45,950 bases of DNA from Promethearchaeota archaeon. Lineage in GTDB: Archaea; Asgardarchaeota; Lokiarchaeia; Sigyniarchaeales; SOKP01. Location: the NCBI GenBank assembly GCA_016930515.1, contig JAFGGO010000051.1:1-45950 (forward strand). Direction: 5' to 3'. This document shows, one piece after another, positions 27,783 to 38,818 of this stretch; the first letter of the stretch is position 1, and each line of letters begins with the position of its first letter. The notes beneath the pieces are model-generated. The model searched no databases. It was not told where the DNA came from and worked only from the letters and a program-made list of their open reading frames with translations. Position numbers and translations under genes: made by a program.

Positions 27783-30700
27783 CTATAAAGATTGATATGA
27801 TGAAGGTTTTCTAATCTTATAAATCACGATTGAAGTTAAACTAATAAAGAAAACTAGAAAGTACCAATTTCCGAAAGAAATTGTGTTTCCTCCCGTTTTT
27901 TGATTAACCGTTAAGAGAATTGAATCAGAAACGCTATTGCCAAAATCGTCGTAGATAGTAATCGTATAATTATAAGTTCCTACCGTTAATCCTTCAGGCA
28001 CGGTGTAAGTAATTGGTTCACCGCTTACCCATGATGTTGGTCCTGCCACGATTCCTGTTCCTTCAAGCTCGATGGTATAGTTACACGGGTGCTCGTCGGT
28101 TGCCGTCCACGAGATACTTTTTCCAGTATATCCAAGATTAATGGTTAAATCGCTTGGAATGATCGTTAATTCTGGATTGATTGATTCTGATATTGTTAAT
28201 GTAGCGGAATCTGTTATAAAATTACCAAAATCGTCCGTGAAATTAACGATATATATGTGTGTGCCCGTAGGAAGCCCCTCGGGTATATTGTAAATTATTG
28301 GATTTCCGCTCGTCCACGGAGATGGTCCTGCCACGATTCCTGTTCCTTCAAGTTCGATGGTGTAGTTACAAGGGTACTCGTCGGTTGCTGTCCACGAAAT
28401 GCTTTCTCCAGAGTAACTCACATCCAAGGAGAAATCGGGTTGAGTATTTGTAATGACGGGCTCATCTGATTCCTTGACAGTAAAGATAAAAGTATCTGTT
28501 GTATAGTGTCCATGATCGTCGGTTAAATTTAGTGTATATACATACACGCCTATAGGTAAACTACTCGTAATGTTATACTCAATGGGAACACCACTGCCCC
28601 ACGGGCTAGGTCCTGCAACAATTCCAGTTCCTTCACGTGAAATGGTGTAATTCAAGGGATTCGTATCGGTTGCCGTCCACGAAATGCTTGCATTGGTATA
28701 CCCCACATCAAGAGAGAGATCAGATGGTGAACTAGTTATCACTGGAAACACATTATATTCAACCAACATAGATACATCATCTATAATAGAATTACCGTAA
28801 AAATCCGTGATATTAATCTGATAGTTATAAATACCGATAGGAAGTCCATCTGGTATATCATATACGATTGGATTCGTAGCAAACCATGGGGTTGGGCCCT
28901 CAACCACACCTGTTCCTTCGAGAAAGATTGTATAATTTACCACATTTTCATTAGACACCGTCCAAGACAAGTTTATTCCCGTGTAATCCCAATTAACGCT
29001 GAAATCCGAAGGTTTGTCTAATAATATCGGATCATTCATGTCCCATCTCTGTCTTACCTGAAGAATGAATAATCCATTAGATCCTGCGAAAAAGGCATAA
29101 TCTCCATTAACAAGGACTCTATTTATACCCGTAGAAATTGAATGTTCGTACCATGTGATAGGATTTGTCGGATCAGAAATTTCAAATATAAAAAAATCTG
29201 AACCTCCTCCATCTGTCACATATGCAAAATCTCCACTGATGTAAACTGATTTTGCTAAGGGACCAAATCCCATTGATGCGTATGTAATTAATTCAGGATT
29301 CGAAAGATCGGTTATATTGATTATGGCTAAACCAGAATCGTCTGCTGTAACATAAGCGTAATCTCCATCAACATGTATGTCTCTTGCTCTTCCAGTTAAA
29401 TTTTCATACACGGGTATTCCTGGATTTTCAGGGTCAGATATATCTATTATGGCTAGACCCTCGTCTCCATCTGCGATAAAGGCACAATCTCCGCTAATAT
29501 AGATTGCCTGGGAGCTACCGTTTGTATATCTATAGCTAATTAACTCGGGATTTGTAGGATCTGAAATGTTCATGATGTTCAGTCCCAATGTACCAATAAT
29601 ATACGCTAAATCCCCTTCTATAAATATATCTCGGGCAGCTCCAAAATAAAAACTTTCCGTCGTGATGTATTGAGGGTTTGTAGGATCCGAGACATTTAAT
29701 GTGGATAAACTAGTACCACCATCTACAGTATAGGCTATATCTCCATCTACATATAAGTTTAGCACGCCCGTTGTGTTTTCGCTTCCAATGAATTTAGGCG
29801 CTTTGGGATTTGAGATATCAAATACTGCCAAACCTAATGAACCTAATCCGCCTGCGTAAGCAATATCACCATCAATAAAAATACTCGTTAATCTGCTTGT
29901 ATCTTGTACAGGATCTCCAGGAGTAATGTGTTCTGAAATATCGAGTACAGCCAATCCTGGATTATCTCCTAAACAAATATATGCATGATTTCCATTAATA
30001 TCAAACCCAAAAGGATAATTAAGTTCTTCTTCGTAAGCAATAATTACTGGGTTTAGGGGATTTGAGATATTAAACACTGCTAAACCCGAGCTTGCCGTTG
30101 TTAAATAAGCGTAATCCCCATCTAAACGCACATTGACTGCATTACTAGTAGTATTTCTATATATTGGTGATCTAGGATTAGTAGGATCTGTAATATTTAT
30201 TACTGCTAATCCAGAATGTACGGCTAGAAATGCATAATTTCCACTTACGCAAACATCCCACGCATTTGAAAATATATTCCTATATTCAGGGGTTCCTGGA
30301 TGTGTTGGATCAGAGATATCTATAATCGCTAATCCAGTAGTCACATCGGCGATATATGCGTAATTTCCACTGACATAAACACTTACCGTGGCTCCATCTG
30401 TATTAACTGTTTCAAGCGTTATGGGATCAGAGGGATTAGAAATATTTACAATTGTCAATCCACTAGAGCCTTCTGCGATATATGCGTAATTTCCTCTCAC
30501 GCATAATTCCTGTGCGTTACTGGTTGTAGGTTCATAAATAGGTGTTCCAGGATTCTTAGGATCTGTAATATCGATTACAGCTAACCCCGAGGTTCCTGCA
30601 GCAATATATGCGTAATTTCCACTTACAACAACCCCCGTATCGACACTAGCTCCAGTAATATATGCTGAAGTTGCAATATTCTCCGGTTTTGTTGGATCAG

Positions 30701-30926
30701 ATATGTCAACAACCTGTAGATATCCACCAACAACATACGCATAATTACCACTAACATCCACATCGTATGCATAAACTCCATCTTCATAATACACAAAAGA
30801 TGGTTTTGAAGAAATCGATTCAATCCATCCCGAATTATTATAACAACTAATTGAAGTAACTGATAAAGCCACTAAGATACAAGATATTAAAATTAGATTA
30901 GTTTTTTTTTTATTCATAAGATTCAC
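27783..30926 (-). CDS. Surface protein with LVIVD beta-propeller repeats, Ig-like repeats and a C-terminal anchor
   Basis: About 13 V(S/D)GxYAY...GLAII(D/N)I(S/T)DP repeats, four (I/L)SWT...NYTI...GTG(I/V)V.GP repeats, then ISFG + TM + KIRK. Confidence 0.88.
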   Translation of the reverse strand: MNLMNKKKTNLILISCILVALSVTSISCYNNSGWIESISSKPSFVYYEDGVYAYDVDVSGNYAYVVGGYLQVVDISDPTKPENIATSAYITGASVDTGVVVSGNYAYIAAGTSGLAVIDITDPKNPGTPIYEPTTSNAQELCVRGNYAYIAEGSSGLTIVNISNPSDPITLETVNTDGATVSVYVSGNYAYIADVTTGLAIIDISDPTHPGTPEYRNIFSNAWDVCVSGNYAFLAVHSGLAVINITDPTNPRSPIYRNTTSNAVNVRLDGDYAYLTTASSGLAVFNISNPLNPVIIAYEEELNYPFGFDINGNHAYICLGDNPGLAVLDISEHITPGDPVQDTSRLTSIFIDGDIAYAGGLGSLGLAVFDISNPKAPKFIGSENTTGVLNLYVDGDIAYTVDGGTSLSTLNVSDPTNPQYITTESFYFGAARDIFIEGDLAYIIGTLGLNIMNISDPTNPELISYRYTNGSSQAIYISGDCAFIADGDEGLAIIDISDPENPGIPVYENLTGRARDIHVDGDYAYVTADDSGLAIINITDLSNPELITYASMGFGPLAKSVYISGDFAYVTDGGGSDFFIFEISDPTNPITWYEHSISTGINRVLVNGDYAFFAGSNGLFILQVRQRWDMNDPILLDKPSDFSVNWDYTGINLSWTVSNENVVNYTIFLEGTGVVEGPTPWFATNPIVYDIPDGLPIGIYNYQINITDFYGNSIIDDVSMLVEYNVFPVITSSPSDLSLDVGYTNASISWTATDTNPLNYTISREGTGIVAGPSPWGSGVPIEYNITSSLPIGVYVYTLNLTDDHGHYTTDTFIFTVKESDEPVITNTQPDFSLDVSYSGESISWTATDEYPCNYTIELEGTGIVAGPSPWTSGNPIIYNIPEGLPTGTHIYIVNFTDDFGNFITDSATLTISESINPELTIIPSDLTINLGYTGKSISWTATDEHPCNYTIELEGTGIVAGPTSWVSGEPITYTVPEGLTVGTYNYTITIYDDFGNSVSDSILLTVNQKTGGNTISFGNWYFLVFFISLTSIVIYKIRKPSSYQSL

Positions 30927-31048
30927 TTTTATTCTTTATTTTGTTTTAATAGGTTTATTTTAGAGTAAAATCTGTCTACTCTTGTTTTTGATCTAAATTT
31001 TTTTATATTTTAGATAAAACGAATCTATGTGTTGATGAACATATAATA

Positions 31049-31128
31049 TTCCATTTATAGTCCTCAATCTAAAACATCCATAAAAGCTTGTAACTTTAAT
31101 GGAATATTTTCCTTTAATTGGAAAGTGA
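31049..31128. promoter_or_regulatory. Duplicated upstream region, copy 1 (contains AAGCTT-N9-ATGGAA)
   Basis: Colinear with 32109-32190 at offset 1060: tatagtcctca...tccat..aagcttgta...aatggaa. Confidence 0.65.
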
Positions 31129-31527
31129 TCATACATGTGAATTTATAAGATATTCCTCTCTCTCGCCTTTCATAACTATTTTCTGATGATTAAATTGGAT
31201 TAAATAAAATTAAAAAAGAGAATTGATATCAAATTGAGTCTATTTTTGATTCTCTGTAATTGATGGAGATTTAAAAATCTTTTATAAAAAGCCGACAAAA
31301 AGCGGCTTTATGCCATCTCAAATTAAGTCGGAATCATCAACAGAAATTTTAACCGATAAAAATGATTTTTTTTATCCCTTTTTTGTACAAGAATGCTATT
31401 ACTCCTCGTATGAGGGGATTATTCGTTTTTCGACAAAAATCAAGGAAGGATAGGTGCGATTTTCGTCGGAATCTCATTAAAGACTTTCAAGTTTCAGTTA
31501 AAAATAAAGAATTAAAAATACACTCAA

Positions 31528-32020
31528 TTAGAATTTATTTTTTTTTGCCAAGATAACTAAAATTATAGTTAAAATTCCTATTAATAAAAGCAGGTTGAAT
31601 CCGGGAATTAATGCAGATGCAACATAAGAGGGAAAAGGAAAGATCTAAAAATATGCTTCGCTTATATCGTAATTAGAACAGTTATACGCGTCTTCTATGC
31701 GTATTTGGTACGCATCTCCATAACTCGTATAATTTTCGTCTATTGTCCAGGAATAAGAACCGTTGTTTAGAGTATTCGGCGTAATAGTTCTATAATAGCT
31801 TCCCATATAATACAAGGAAATATTCACATAAGAAATAAATCCTGTCGAAGTCTAGACTATCTCATGCGTGGTACCTGCCTGTCAGGACCTCGAACTCGTG
31901 GGGCTCGTAATTATGATAGAATTAGGAAGTGGTTTGATTTTAAGACATTCTCCACTCGTATCTGGAAGGCGTCCCTGTAATATGAGTACTCCTCGTCGAG
32001 AGTCCAATTAAAAATACCCC
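31528..32020 (-). pseudogene. Decayed surface protein (Ser/Thr-rich Ig-like repeats plus an IPGF sorting signal)
   Basis: Reads SIIITSPTSSRS*QAGTTHEIV*TSTG...GSYSWTI...YQIRIED...SEAYF*IF...LIPGFNLLLLIGIL...AKKNKF*. Stops at 31882, 31852 and 31645. A fragment of a second repeat (NWTLDEEY...FQIRVE) lies upstream in another frame. Confidence 0.85.
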
Positions 32021-32108
32021 GATTTTTTTTTTCTTGTTTTTCAAACCTAAAACCTTGGATATTAATATAAATACTAATATACTTTTACAAATATGTGATT
32101 ATTCTTTA

Positions 32109-32307
32109 TTTCAATTATAGTCCTCATTTCAATAGTTCCATGGAAGCTTGTATTAATAATGGAAAAACTTTTTTTTTGCTATGGAGAGTGCTAAAATGAA
32201 CAAAAAAGAGGAGAATTTTTTCTAAAAATATATATTTAAAATCAATGTTAAGTTCCATAATAATAAAAGCTTTCACAAATATATTGGAACCATAATATTA
32301 ATGGAAC
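32109..32307. promoter_or_regulatory. Duplicated upstream region, copy 2, plus an inverted motif copy in front of the wHTH regulator
   Basis: AAGCTT-N9-ATGGAA at 32144-32164 and TTCCAT-N8-AAGCTT at 32253-32272. Further TGGAAC half-sites at about 32285 and 32302. Confidence 0.55.
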
Positions 32308-32368
32308 TATATATTAAAAGGATAATATAATATTAGATGTAAGTGAAAAAGAGCAAAAACAATTTACT

Positions 32369-34306
32369 ATGAAAAATACGAGTTATCCTCCCGAAAATAT
32401 ATGCAATCCCACCAAATTCGATAAGCGAGATTATGATCACATCATTCTTTGGATGCTGTATAATAATGATTCGTGTCAATGGTCTGATTTCATTCAAGAT
32501 CCAATAGGAATTCCAATTGGTACATTATCTAGACACTTGACTTTGTTAAAACAGAGTGGTTTTGTTAATAACTTCGAGAGGGGAAAATATCAGATTACAA
32601 CTGATGGGAAAAAAGAATTTCACAAATTGTCCAATCCAAACAAGAAAGGACGGCAAGTTAATTATCCACCAAAAATAATATTGAATACGGGAAGAAATTA
32701 CTCGGATTGGATACTTTGGATGGTATATAACAATAATTTCTGTAAAAGAACTGACTTTCTTGAAGAGCCATTGTCTATTAACCATGCATCCTTATCAAAG
32801 AACTTGAATCAATTAATGAATAATGGATTGATTATTAAAACGGATGGAAAATACGAAATTACAGTTATGGGGAAATCAGCGTATTCGAAGTTGCTGCAAC
32901 AATATGATTTGGATCGTCAAACGATTTTAGAAGCGGAAATGAAAACAATTGAATTTCTTACAAACAAAACAAATAATTTTTTTACTAAATACGAGATCAA
33001 TAATTTTGATATTCAATTCAAATTTTTAATTATCCTCCTTAAACTAGACTATGAAAAAGTTAAATCATTACTTAAAAACGAGGAGGAATATTTCAAGATC
33101 GTGCTCTTTTTTGCGATAAATCATCCAGATCATTATCCCAATTATATGTCTCCTAAAGAATTCTCCATAAAATATCAGGTCAAAAGAATAACTCTTGATT
33201 ATTATGTCGAAGAAATTTTCGAAGGAATGATATATCCTGTACGGTTCTTTAAATTAATTGCTCCCTCTGGCGGGGAATTCTACTTTCACTCGGGGGAAAA
33301 AATCGAACGAATGCTTCAAGTACTTACGGAGCACGAAATTAACAAGTTCGCTTATATGAATGTCTTTTATCAAAAATCACAATATCTTTCCAACAAAAAC
33401 TTAAATTTGATTCTAGATCGTATATCAGAGAATTTATGCGCGTCAATATTAAGTCCTGAACTCAAATCATCCCTTAAAGGGCTTTTACCCGAATATATTA
33501 ATTTTTTGGCTTATAAAATAGAGTTTAAAAAGGAACTTAAAGACAAATACGATAAGTTAGAAGGAATGATATGGCAAAAAATGGTTAAATTCTTTGATTT
33601 AGAGGCTTCCGAGGGATTAAACACGCAATTTAAAGAAAACATCGAGGATATTAACGAGAAGATAGCATCAACGCGTCGCGATATCGATTTATATTATTCT
33701 AAATTAGAGATATTGATCTATTTTAATCAATATAAAGATGTATTGAACCTCTTAGATGAAATGTTAGTTATTTTTCCCGAGAAAGAAGTGGATTTATTGA
33801 TGAAAAAAGCATCTATTTTTAAAAAAAGAAGAAATTTAAGCGCAGGAATGGACATAATCGATAACCTAATTGAAAAATACAAGGACAATAGCGAACTTCT
33901 CAGTTATAAGGCATTTTGGTACCAATATATGAACAAAAAAGACGACGCCATAAAGGTGATTCAAACGCTTATCAAAAAGTATCCAGAAAAGGGAATTTAT
34001 TTTGATAACTATGGTGAGATATTGATGTATTTTGAAGATTACGAGCAAGCAGCTGATAAATTTCTCAAAGCGCTTATAAAGGGAGAAAAAGAATGGTACA
34101 CATATCAAACATACATAAAACTTGGAGTATGTTATAAAACACTCGGAAACTTCGAATTAGCCATAAAAAATCTCAAAAGGGGAAAAGAACTCTTAACCGA
34201 AGTAAACATCGATCCCGACGATAAGCAAAAATGGACAGTAATTGCAGATCTATTTATCGCAGAAACAAGCGATCCAAAATTTATACAATTTCAAACTCGT
34301 AGGTGA
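32369..34306 (+). CDS. Tandem winged-HTH plus TPR protein (putative transcription regulator)
   Basis: Two repeats (R.Y...ILWM.YNN..C...DF...P..I...LS..L..L...GKY.IT..GK) and C-terminal TPRs (YGEILM, YIKLGVCY). Confidence 0.8.
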   Translation: MKNTSYPPENICNPTKFDKRDYDHIILWMLYNNDSCQWSDFIQDPIGIPIGTLSRHLTLLKQSGFVNNFERGKYQITTDGKKEFHKLSNPNKKGRQVNYPPKIILNTGRNYSDWILWMVYNNNFCKRTDFLEEPLSINHASLSKNLNQLMNNGLIIKTDGKYEITVMGKSAYSKLLQQYDLDRQTILEAEMKTIEFLTNKTNNFFTKYEINNFDIQFKFLIILLKLDYEKVKSLLKNEEEYFKIVLFFAINHPDHYPNYMSPKEFSIKYQVKRITLDYYVEEIFEGMIYPVRFFKLIAPSGGEFYFHSGEKIERMLQVLTEHEINKFAYMNVFYQKSQYLSNKNLNLILDRISENLCASILSPELKSSLKGLLPEYINFLAYKIEFKKELKDKYDKLEGMIWQKMVKFFDLEASEGLNTQFKENIEDINEKIASTRRDIDLYYSKLEILIYFNQYKDVLNLLDEMLVIFPEKEVDLLMKKASIFKKRRNLSAGMDIIDNLIEKYKDNSELLSYKAFWYQYMNKKDDAIKVIQTLIKKYPEKGIYFDNYGEILMYFEDYEQAADKFLKALIKGEKEWYTYQTYIKLGVCYKTLGNFELAIKNLKRGKELLTEVNIDPDDKQKWTVIADLFIAETSDPKFIQFQTRR

Positions 34307-34678
34307 GTACAGTTGAGGGGTTCCTAAAGGATCTCTTACTATCGCATACAACACAAAAGAAAAACTCACTATTCTCATGTGCGTTCCCTCCATTATTCTC
34401 GCTTTCTGATATCACATATTTTTCTAACCATCCACATCACGACTATAGTCTGTTAAAACAAGATACAATCAGAAAGAATAGCTTAATACAGTTAGACGCT
34501 TCATAAAATGATTTTAGGTCGTGCTTGAAGTAAATTTTAAATTTTTATGATTTTAATTAGCTTTACTCAATTTTACATTTCTGGAAAAGATTTTATGTCA
34601 TTATCGGGACTCATCGTTCTTTGTAAAATAAGAAATGTTAATTAATATCAAAGATTAGAAAAAAAATAGGTAATTAAA

Positions 34679-35254
34679 ATGAAAGCTCTAATTTTAAACG
34701 GTTGCAAATCTGATCACGACGAATCTGCTTTGGTTCTTGATTTAATTCTTAAAGAACTCGAGATTTTAAAGTGGGACATAACATCGATTTCTCTTGAAGA
34801 TAAAGACATTAATTTTTGCGTTGGTTGTTATGGATGCCTGGTTCAAACACCTGGTAAATGTCTAATTAAAGACGACGAAGAAATTATCATGAAACACTAT
34901 GTTCAAAGCGATCTACTAATTTATCTCAGCCCCATAATATTTGGAGGATATTCGTCAATTCTAAAAAAGGCTATTGATCGAAAAATCTCCATTCTTTTAA
35001 CCAAAATGGTGAAAAGAAACGGAGAAACTCGTCATCCAAGGAGATACAAAAAAAAACAATATCTATTAGGTATAGGTCTTTTAGATACGCACGATTCAAA
35101 GAAAGAAGACATATTTAAATCTTTAGTTGCTCGGAACGCTCTAAACATGTGGGCTGTTTTTCAGCGAGCTATCATACATTCAAAAGGTGAAAATCTGTTA
35201 GAATTTCGTGATAATTTAAATAAAGCGTTAAGGGAGGTAGAAACGATACAATGA
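34679..35254 (+). CDS. Flavodoxin / iron-sulfur flavoprotein family (paralogue of 12356-12952)
   Basis: MKALILNG, CVGCYGC..TPGKC, SPIIFGGYS..LKKAIDR, GETRH. Confidence 0.85.
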   Translation: MKALILNGCKSDHDESALVLDLILKELEILKWDITSISLEDKDINFCVGCYGCLVQTPGKCLIKDDEEIIMKHYVQSDLLIYLSPIIFGGYSSILKKAIDRKISILLTKMVKRNGETRHPRRYKKKQYLLGIGLLDTHDSKKEDIFKSLVARNALNMWAVFQRAIIHSKGENLLEFRDNLNKALREVETIQ

Positions 35255-35928
35255 ATAAAATCAATAATGTTTTATCTTTAGTTGGAAGCCCTAAGGGCTC
35301 AAGGAGCACGTCCGATTCTCTTAGTTCATATTTAATTTCCTCCTTGGAACAATTGGGCGTGAAAGTTGAAAAAGAATTTATCTACAACCTCGTCAATAAA
35401 GAAGAGGGTCAGAAAAAATTACTTGATAGCGTGGAAGAAGCTGATGTGATCGTTTTAGCTTTTCCACTTTACGTCGATTGTTTACCTGCTGGAGTTATAA
35501 AAACATTAGAGCTCATTGCAGATCTCAGAAAATCTAAAAAAGAATGGAAAAAGCAAGGATTTGCAGTCATCGTCAACTGTGGTTTTGCAGAAGCTCACCA
35601 TAATAACACTGCCGTAGCTATTTGCGAGAATTTTGCAGAAGAAACGGGTTTTGACTGGAAAGGCGCATTATCGCTTGGAATGGGGGGTTTTTTTAACGGT
35701 AGATCCTTGGAAGAATGCGGAAGCATCGTGAAAAAATTAAAAAAAGGCTTGGATCTCGCTGCGCGAGCTTTAGCCAAGGGAGAACTAATATCAGACGAAA
35801 TCATCGATCTCGTTGGAAAAAAATTCATGCCTATTTCTATTTATAAAAAAGTAGCGAGTATAAGTTTTAAAAAACAAGCGAAGAATAATGGAGTAAAAAA
35901 AAGAATCAAAGACCAACCTTATCTTTAA
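35251..35928 (+). CDS. NAD(P)H-dependent FMN reductase-like protein (paralogue of 11532-12359)
   Basis: LVGSPKG..STS, FPLYVDCLPA, NCGF.E. ATGA overlap with the upstream gene. Confidence 0.85.
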   Translation: MNKINNVLSLVGSPKGSRSTSDSLSSYLISSLEQLGVKVEKEFIYNLVNKEEGQKKLLDSVEEADVIVLAFPLYVDCLPAGVIKTLELIADLRKSKKEWKKQGFAVIVNCGFAEAHHNNTAVAICENFAEETGFDWKGALSLGMGGFFNGRSLEECGSIVKKLKKGLDLAARALAKGELISDEIIDLVGKKFMPISIYKKVASISFKKQAKNNGVKKRIKDQPYL

Positions 35929-36308
35929 TTTTTGACGATTAAGTATTTGAAGTTGGGATCATGCAATTTTTCACGCACGGGACAATTAAAATTAATTAAT
36001 TGAAATAATTCAATCGTTTCAGAAATAATCTTTTCTCACATATCGATTTGAATGGCTTTTCTCATTGCAATAATAATATAGTCCCTTAGAGATAAAAGTA
36101 TAAATTAAAAGTTCGTTTTCTAATAATAAAATAATATAAAAACTGGTTTTCGCTGAGAATATAAATTTCGTTATTTTATCTTATCGCTTTCCTTGCCTTA
36201 GGTGTTTTTGGAAGTTGATTACACCCCTTGAAAAAATGGGCGACTTACAAAAGGTAAGCGATTCATTTTAAATACTCAAATTATATTGATTAAATTGGAG
36301 TGAATAAA

Positions 36309-36545
36309 ATGGTGGAATATAAATTAATCCCAGTTAAAAGGCCATTATCACATAAAATCATCAATGAAAAAGGGCCATCCGAAAAATTATTTAAAACATC
36401 AGCTAATTTGGGAATGATTTCGAAAGAGGAACTCGAAACGATACTAAAAATAAAAAACGGAATTCAACTGGCTGAATCAGACGAAAAGACCCAAATCGTC
36501 TTAAAAAAGCTATTAAAAAAGAGAATCGTCGAAAAAATAACATGA
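36309..36545 (+). CDS. Small hypothetical protein, possibly winged-helix
   Basis: ATG at 36309. ISKEELETILKI..G...LKKLLKKRIVE pattern. Confidence 0.55.
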   Translation: MVEYKLIPVKRPLSHKIINEKGPSEKLFKTSANLGMISKEELETILKIKNGIQLAESDEKTQIVLKKLLKKRIVEKIT

Positions 36546-36953
36546 TTTTTTCTATAACAAATTTAAATTAATATAACATTAGCTAAGGGATGAACCGATA
36601 TCCCCCTTATATTAATTCCACTCGTTTACTTGCTTTACGACTTCGCCCAATTTACACAAATTTCTTATTAAATATCAAGGCGTTATTTTGATTAGTATGC
36701 AGAATTATCCTCATTGTAAATGGAGACTTTAGTTTAGTAGAAAATAGAAATATGATAAATCGATCATAAAATCTTAGCGGTTTTGAAGTTTTTATAATAA
36801 CCCAACAGAGTATAAAAATATCTCTGAAGAATCCCTAGGAAGAGAATTTCGTGGGGATCACTCGAGGGCGAAAATTTCTTACAAATAGAACCGGCTAGGT
36901 TTGATATAAATTTCATAACACTATTATTATAATTGAAGGAGCACGATCTAACA

Positions 36954-37967
36954 ATGAAAGAGAAATTCTTGGTCATTTCCTATTTTGACATGAAAATAGG
37001 ACCTAACACCCTGTACACTCGATCCGACATTAGTACTATTTACGGATTTCCCGATTTATCGAAAATCTTGGATTTTAGCAACAAGGACGGCACTTTTTTG
37101 TTTTCCTTTCGCAAGTTCCAAACAATCAACACCGTTTTTAACATGCGCTCTGACATTGCCCGGGGGGGAACTGACTTGCTCATGATTTCTTGCATCGTCC
37201 GAGCGTCGTATTTTAAGAACGAGCTCACCGACATATTTAAATACTTGGAATCGAAAAAGGTTTACTTGGATAAGTTCGCCTCCGAGCTAAAAGCACTTCC
37301 CAATTTTAACTCGATCTTGTACAAATACAAACAAAATCCGTCAGTTGCGCAATTCACGCGGTATTGCAAGGAAGAGAATGTGAATTTTTTTTCGGTCTAC
37401 GATCGATACCACGATCTCATCTTTCCCGAATCCGAGATCAAGCTCATAACGCAAGACATCAACCTTAAAAAAAAGATCTTCCTCATAGGTCCAAAAGGTT
37501 CCGGCAAGGACACCTATTTGCGAAACATTGAAACCCTCCAATTTTTTAGCGAAAATAATTTAGACATTCCCACGCGTATCATGGGGATAATGCTTGACAA
37601 CATCGTCGCCTCTGACGCAATCGATTTTTTTAAAGGCAAGACGAGACTCGATAAGGCTCAAGCCGTGATATTCATTGTTAAAGACACAGACGGGAAAACT
37701 TCCATCGTTGTCAAGTCGTTTATAGAGAAATTCATGTCTTCCTATTCTGGCCAGCTCTTCGGCAAAATTCCTCTCCTGATCATTAACAACGAGGTTGAAG
37801 GCATGGGCAAGGCGCCCTTGCGGGAGGAAGAAATCAAAGAGATTTTCAGGAAACAAGAATTCAATGAGCAAGAAATTCCCTTTAAATACTATTCACTAAA
37901 TGTGATCAAAGAAGATCCACTATTATTAGAGCCATTAAAATGGATCATCAAGGAGATTTTTACTTAG
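36954..37967 (+). CDS. Longin/uDENN-like domain fused to a degenerate small-GTPase domain
   Basis: ISYFDMKIGP...SDIARGG..LLMISC is homologous to the N-terminus of 7470-10307. P-loop GPKGSGKD, no DxxG, G4 reads NNE. SD-like AAGGAG precedes ATG 36954. Confidence 0.75.
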   Translation: MKEKFLVISYFDMKIGPNTLYTRSDISTIYGFPDLSKILDFSNKDGTFLFSFRKFQTINTVFNMRSDIARGGTDLLMISCIVRASYFKNELTDIFKYLESKKVYLDKFASELKALPNFNSILYKYKQNPSVAQFTRYCKEENVNFFSVYDRYHDLIFPESEIKLITQDINLKKKIFLIGPKGSGKDTYLRNIETLQFFSENNLDIPTRIMGIMLDNIVASDAIDFFKGKTRLDKAQAVIFIVKDTDGKTSIVVKSFIEKFMSSYSGQLFGKIPLLIINNEVEGMGKAPLREEEIKEIFRKQEFNEQEIPFKYYSLNVIKEDPLLLEPLKWIIKEIFT

Positions 37968-38021
37968 AGCGGTAAGTCAATATTATTTCCAGTAAAAACA
38001 AGCGAATGCGCTTGCGAGTAG

Positions 38022-38684
38022 AAAAGGCTAAGAGTAATCGTTAATCCCCACTTTCACGCCATTGATTTTGGCTTCTTAACACACTCGAAGGAATTTCAAA
38101 AAAAACATCCCGGTTGGGTGTACGTAAACCACGGCAGGAGAAAATCGCTCAATCAAACCCTATTTTGCTGCCTGAGCCACTGCGCTCCGTGGAGAAAGCC
38201 AGACGGAAAGCCCTATCCCGCGCACGCCTACTTCGGGTGGCTTTCCTCCCGCAAGTGCCGCGTTTCGGACGTGAAAACCTTGTGGAGAACGGCAAGGTGC
38301 GCTCACTGCAAGAAGGAACTCAGGGAAGTCAGAGAGGGCGCGAACGTCACTGGCGATAAACCGCGCTTTCCGTCAAGCTTGCCCGTGAAAGTCCGCGCCA
38401 AGACGCTCGGCGTTCCAACGGAAGGACGGTCGCTTCGAGCCATAAAAAAGGACCTGCAAGCGCGCGTGGTCAACAACGAACATTTCTCGTGCGAGCTGGA
38501 CGAAAAAACGCTAAAACTTGGAGAGGCCCTTCGATTCAAGGTGGAAACGATCGCGTACGAGATCTGCGGCGTCGAACGACTGAGGACGAGCGTGAACCGC
38601 CTCAAGGAGCAAGGGGGGTGGAAAAGAATAAACGAGATCGTGAGGGCAAAAATCGCCCTAAAATCCACTGGCAAATACGGCTAG
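38022..38684 (+). mobile_element. Truncated rolling-circle (HUH) replication initiator, pseudogene
   Basis: The frame is open from 38022: NPHFHAIDFG (HUH motif II), GWVYVNHGRRKSLNQTLFCCLSH (motif III-like, Tyr replaced by Cys), AYFGWLS, CAHC. GC-rich (37/60 G+C in 38221-38280). No start codon before the HUH motif and no motif I. Confidence 0.7.
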
Positions 38685-38810
38685 CCCTAACTATCGTATA
38701 TCCATGCAATAAAACACGCAGAAATCGAACTCACTCGTCCCGCTTTCTCACGTCGTTTCCTTTTCGAAACGTCGACCGAGCGATAACTCTCGCATACTAG
38801 TACGGGATAC
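38648..38810 (+). repeat. Direct repeat copy 1 (Rep 3' end plus about 125 bp downstream)
   Basis: Shares aaaaat.gccct, aatacgg.tag, taactatcgtatat, tcgaaacgtcga, gcgataactctcg.atacta.tac.ggatac with 39584-39746. Confidence 0.9.
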
Positions 38811-38818
38811 TATCCTCA

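Noticed and set aside
27900-30780. Repeated DNA in the LVIVD/Ig gene as a CRISPR array or DGR template
   Set aside because: The repeats are in-frame protein modules with no repeat-spacer structure. No cas or reverse transcriptase gene is present in the window.
38114-38800. Overlapping ORFs 38114..38359, 38303..38674 and 38489..38800
   Set aside because: Shadow ORFs expected in GC-rich DNA. Only the 38118 frame carries recognisable motifs.
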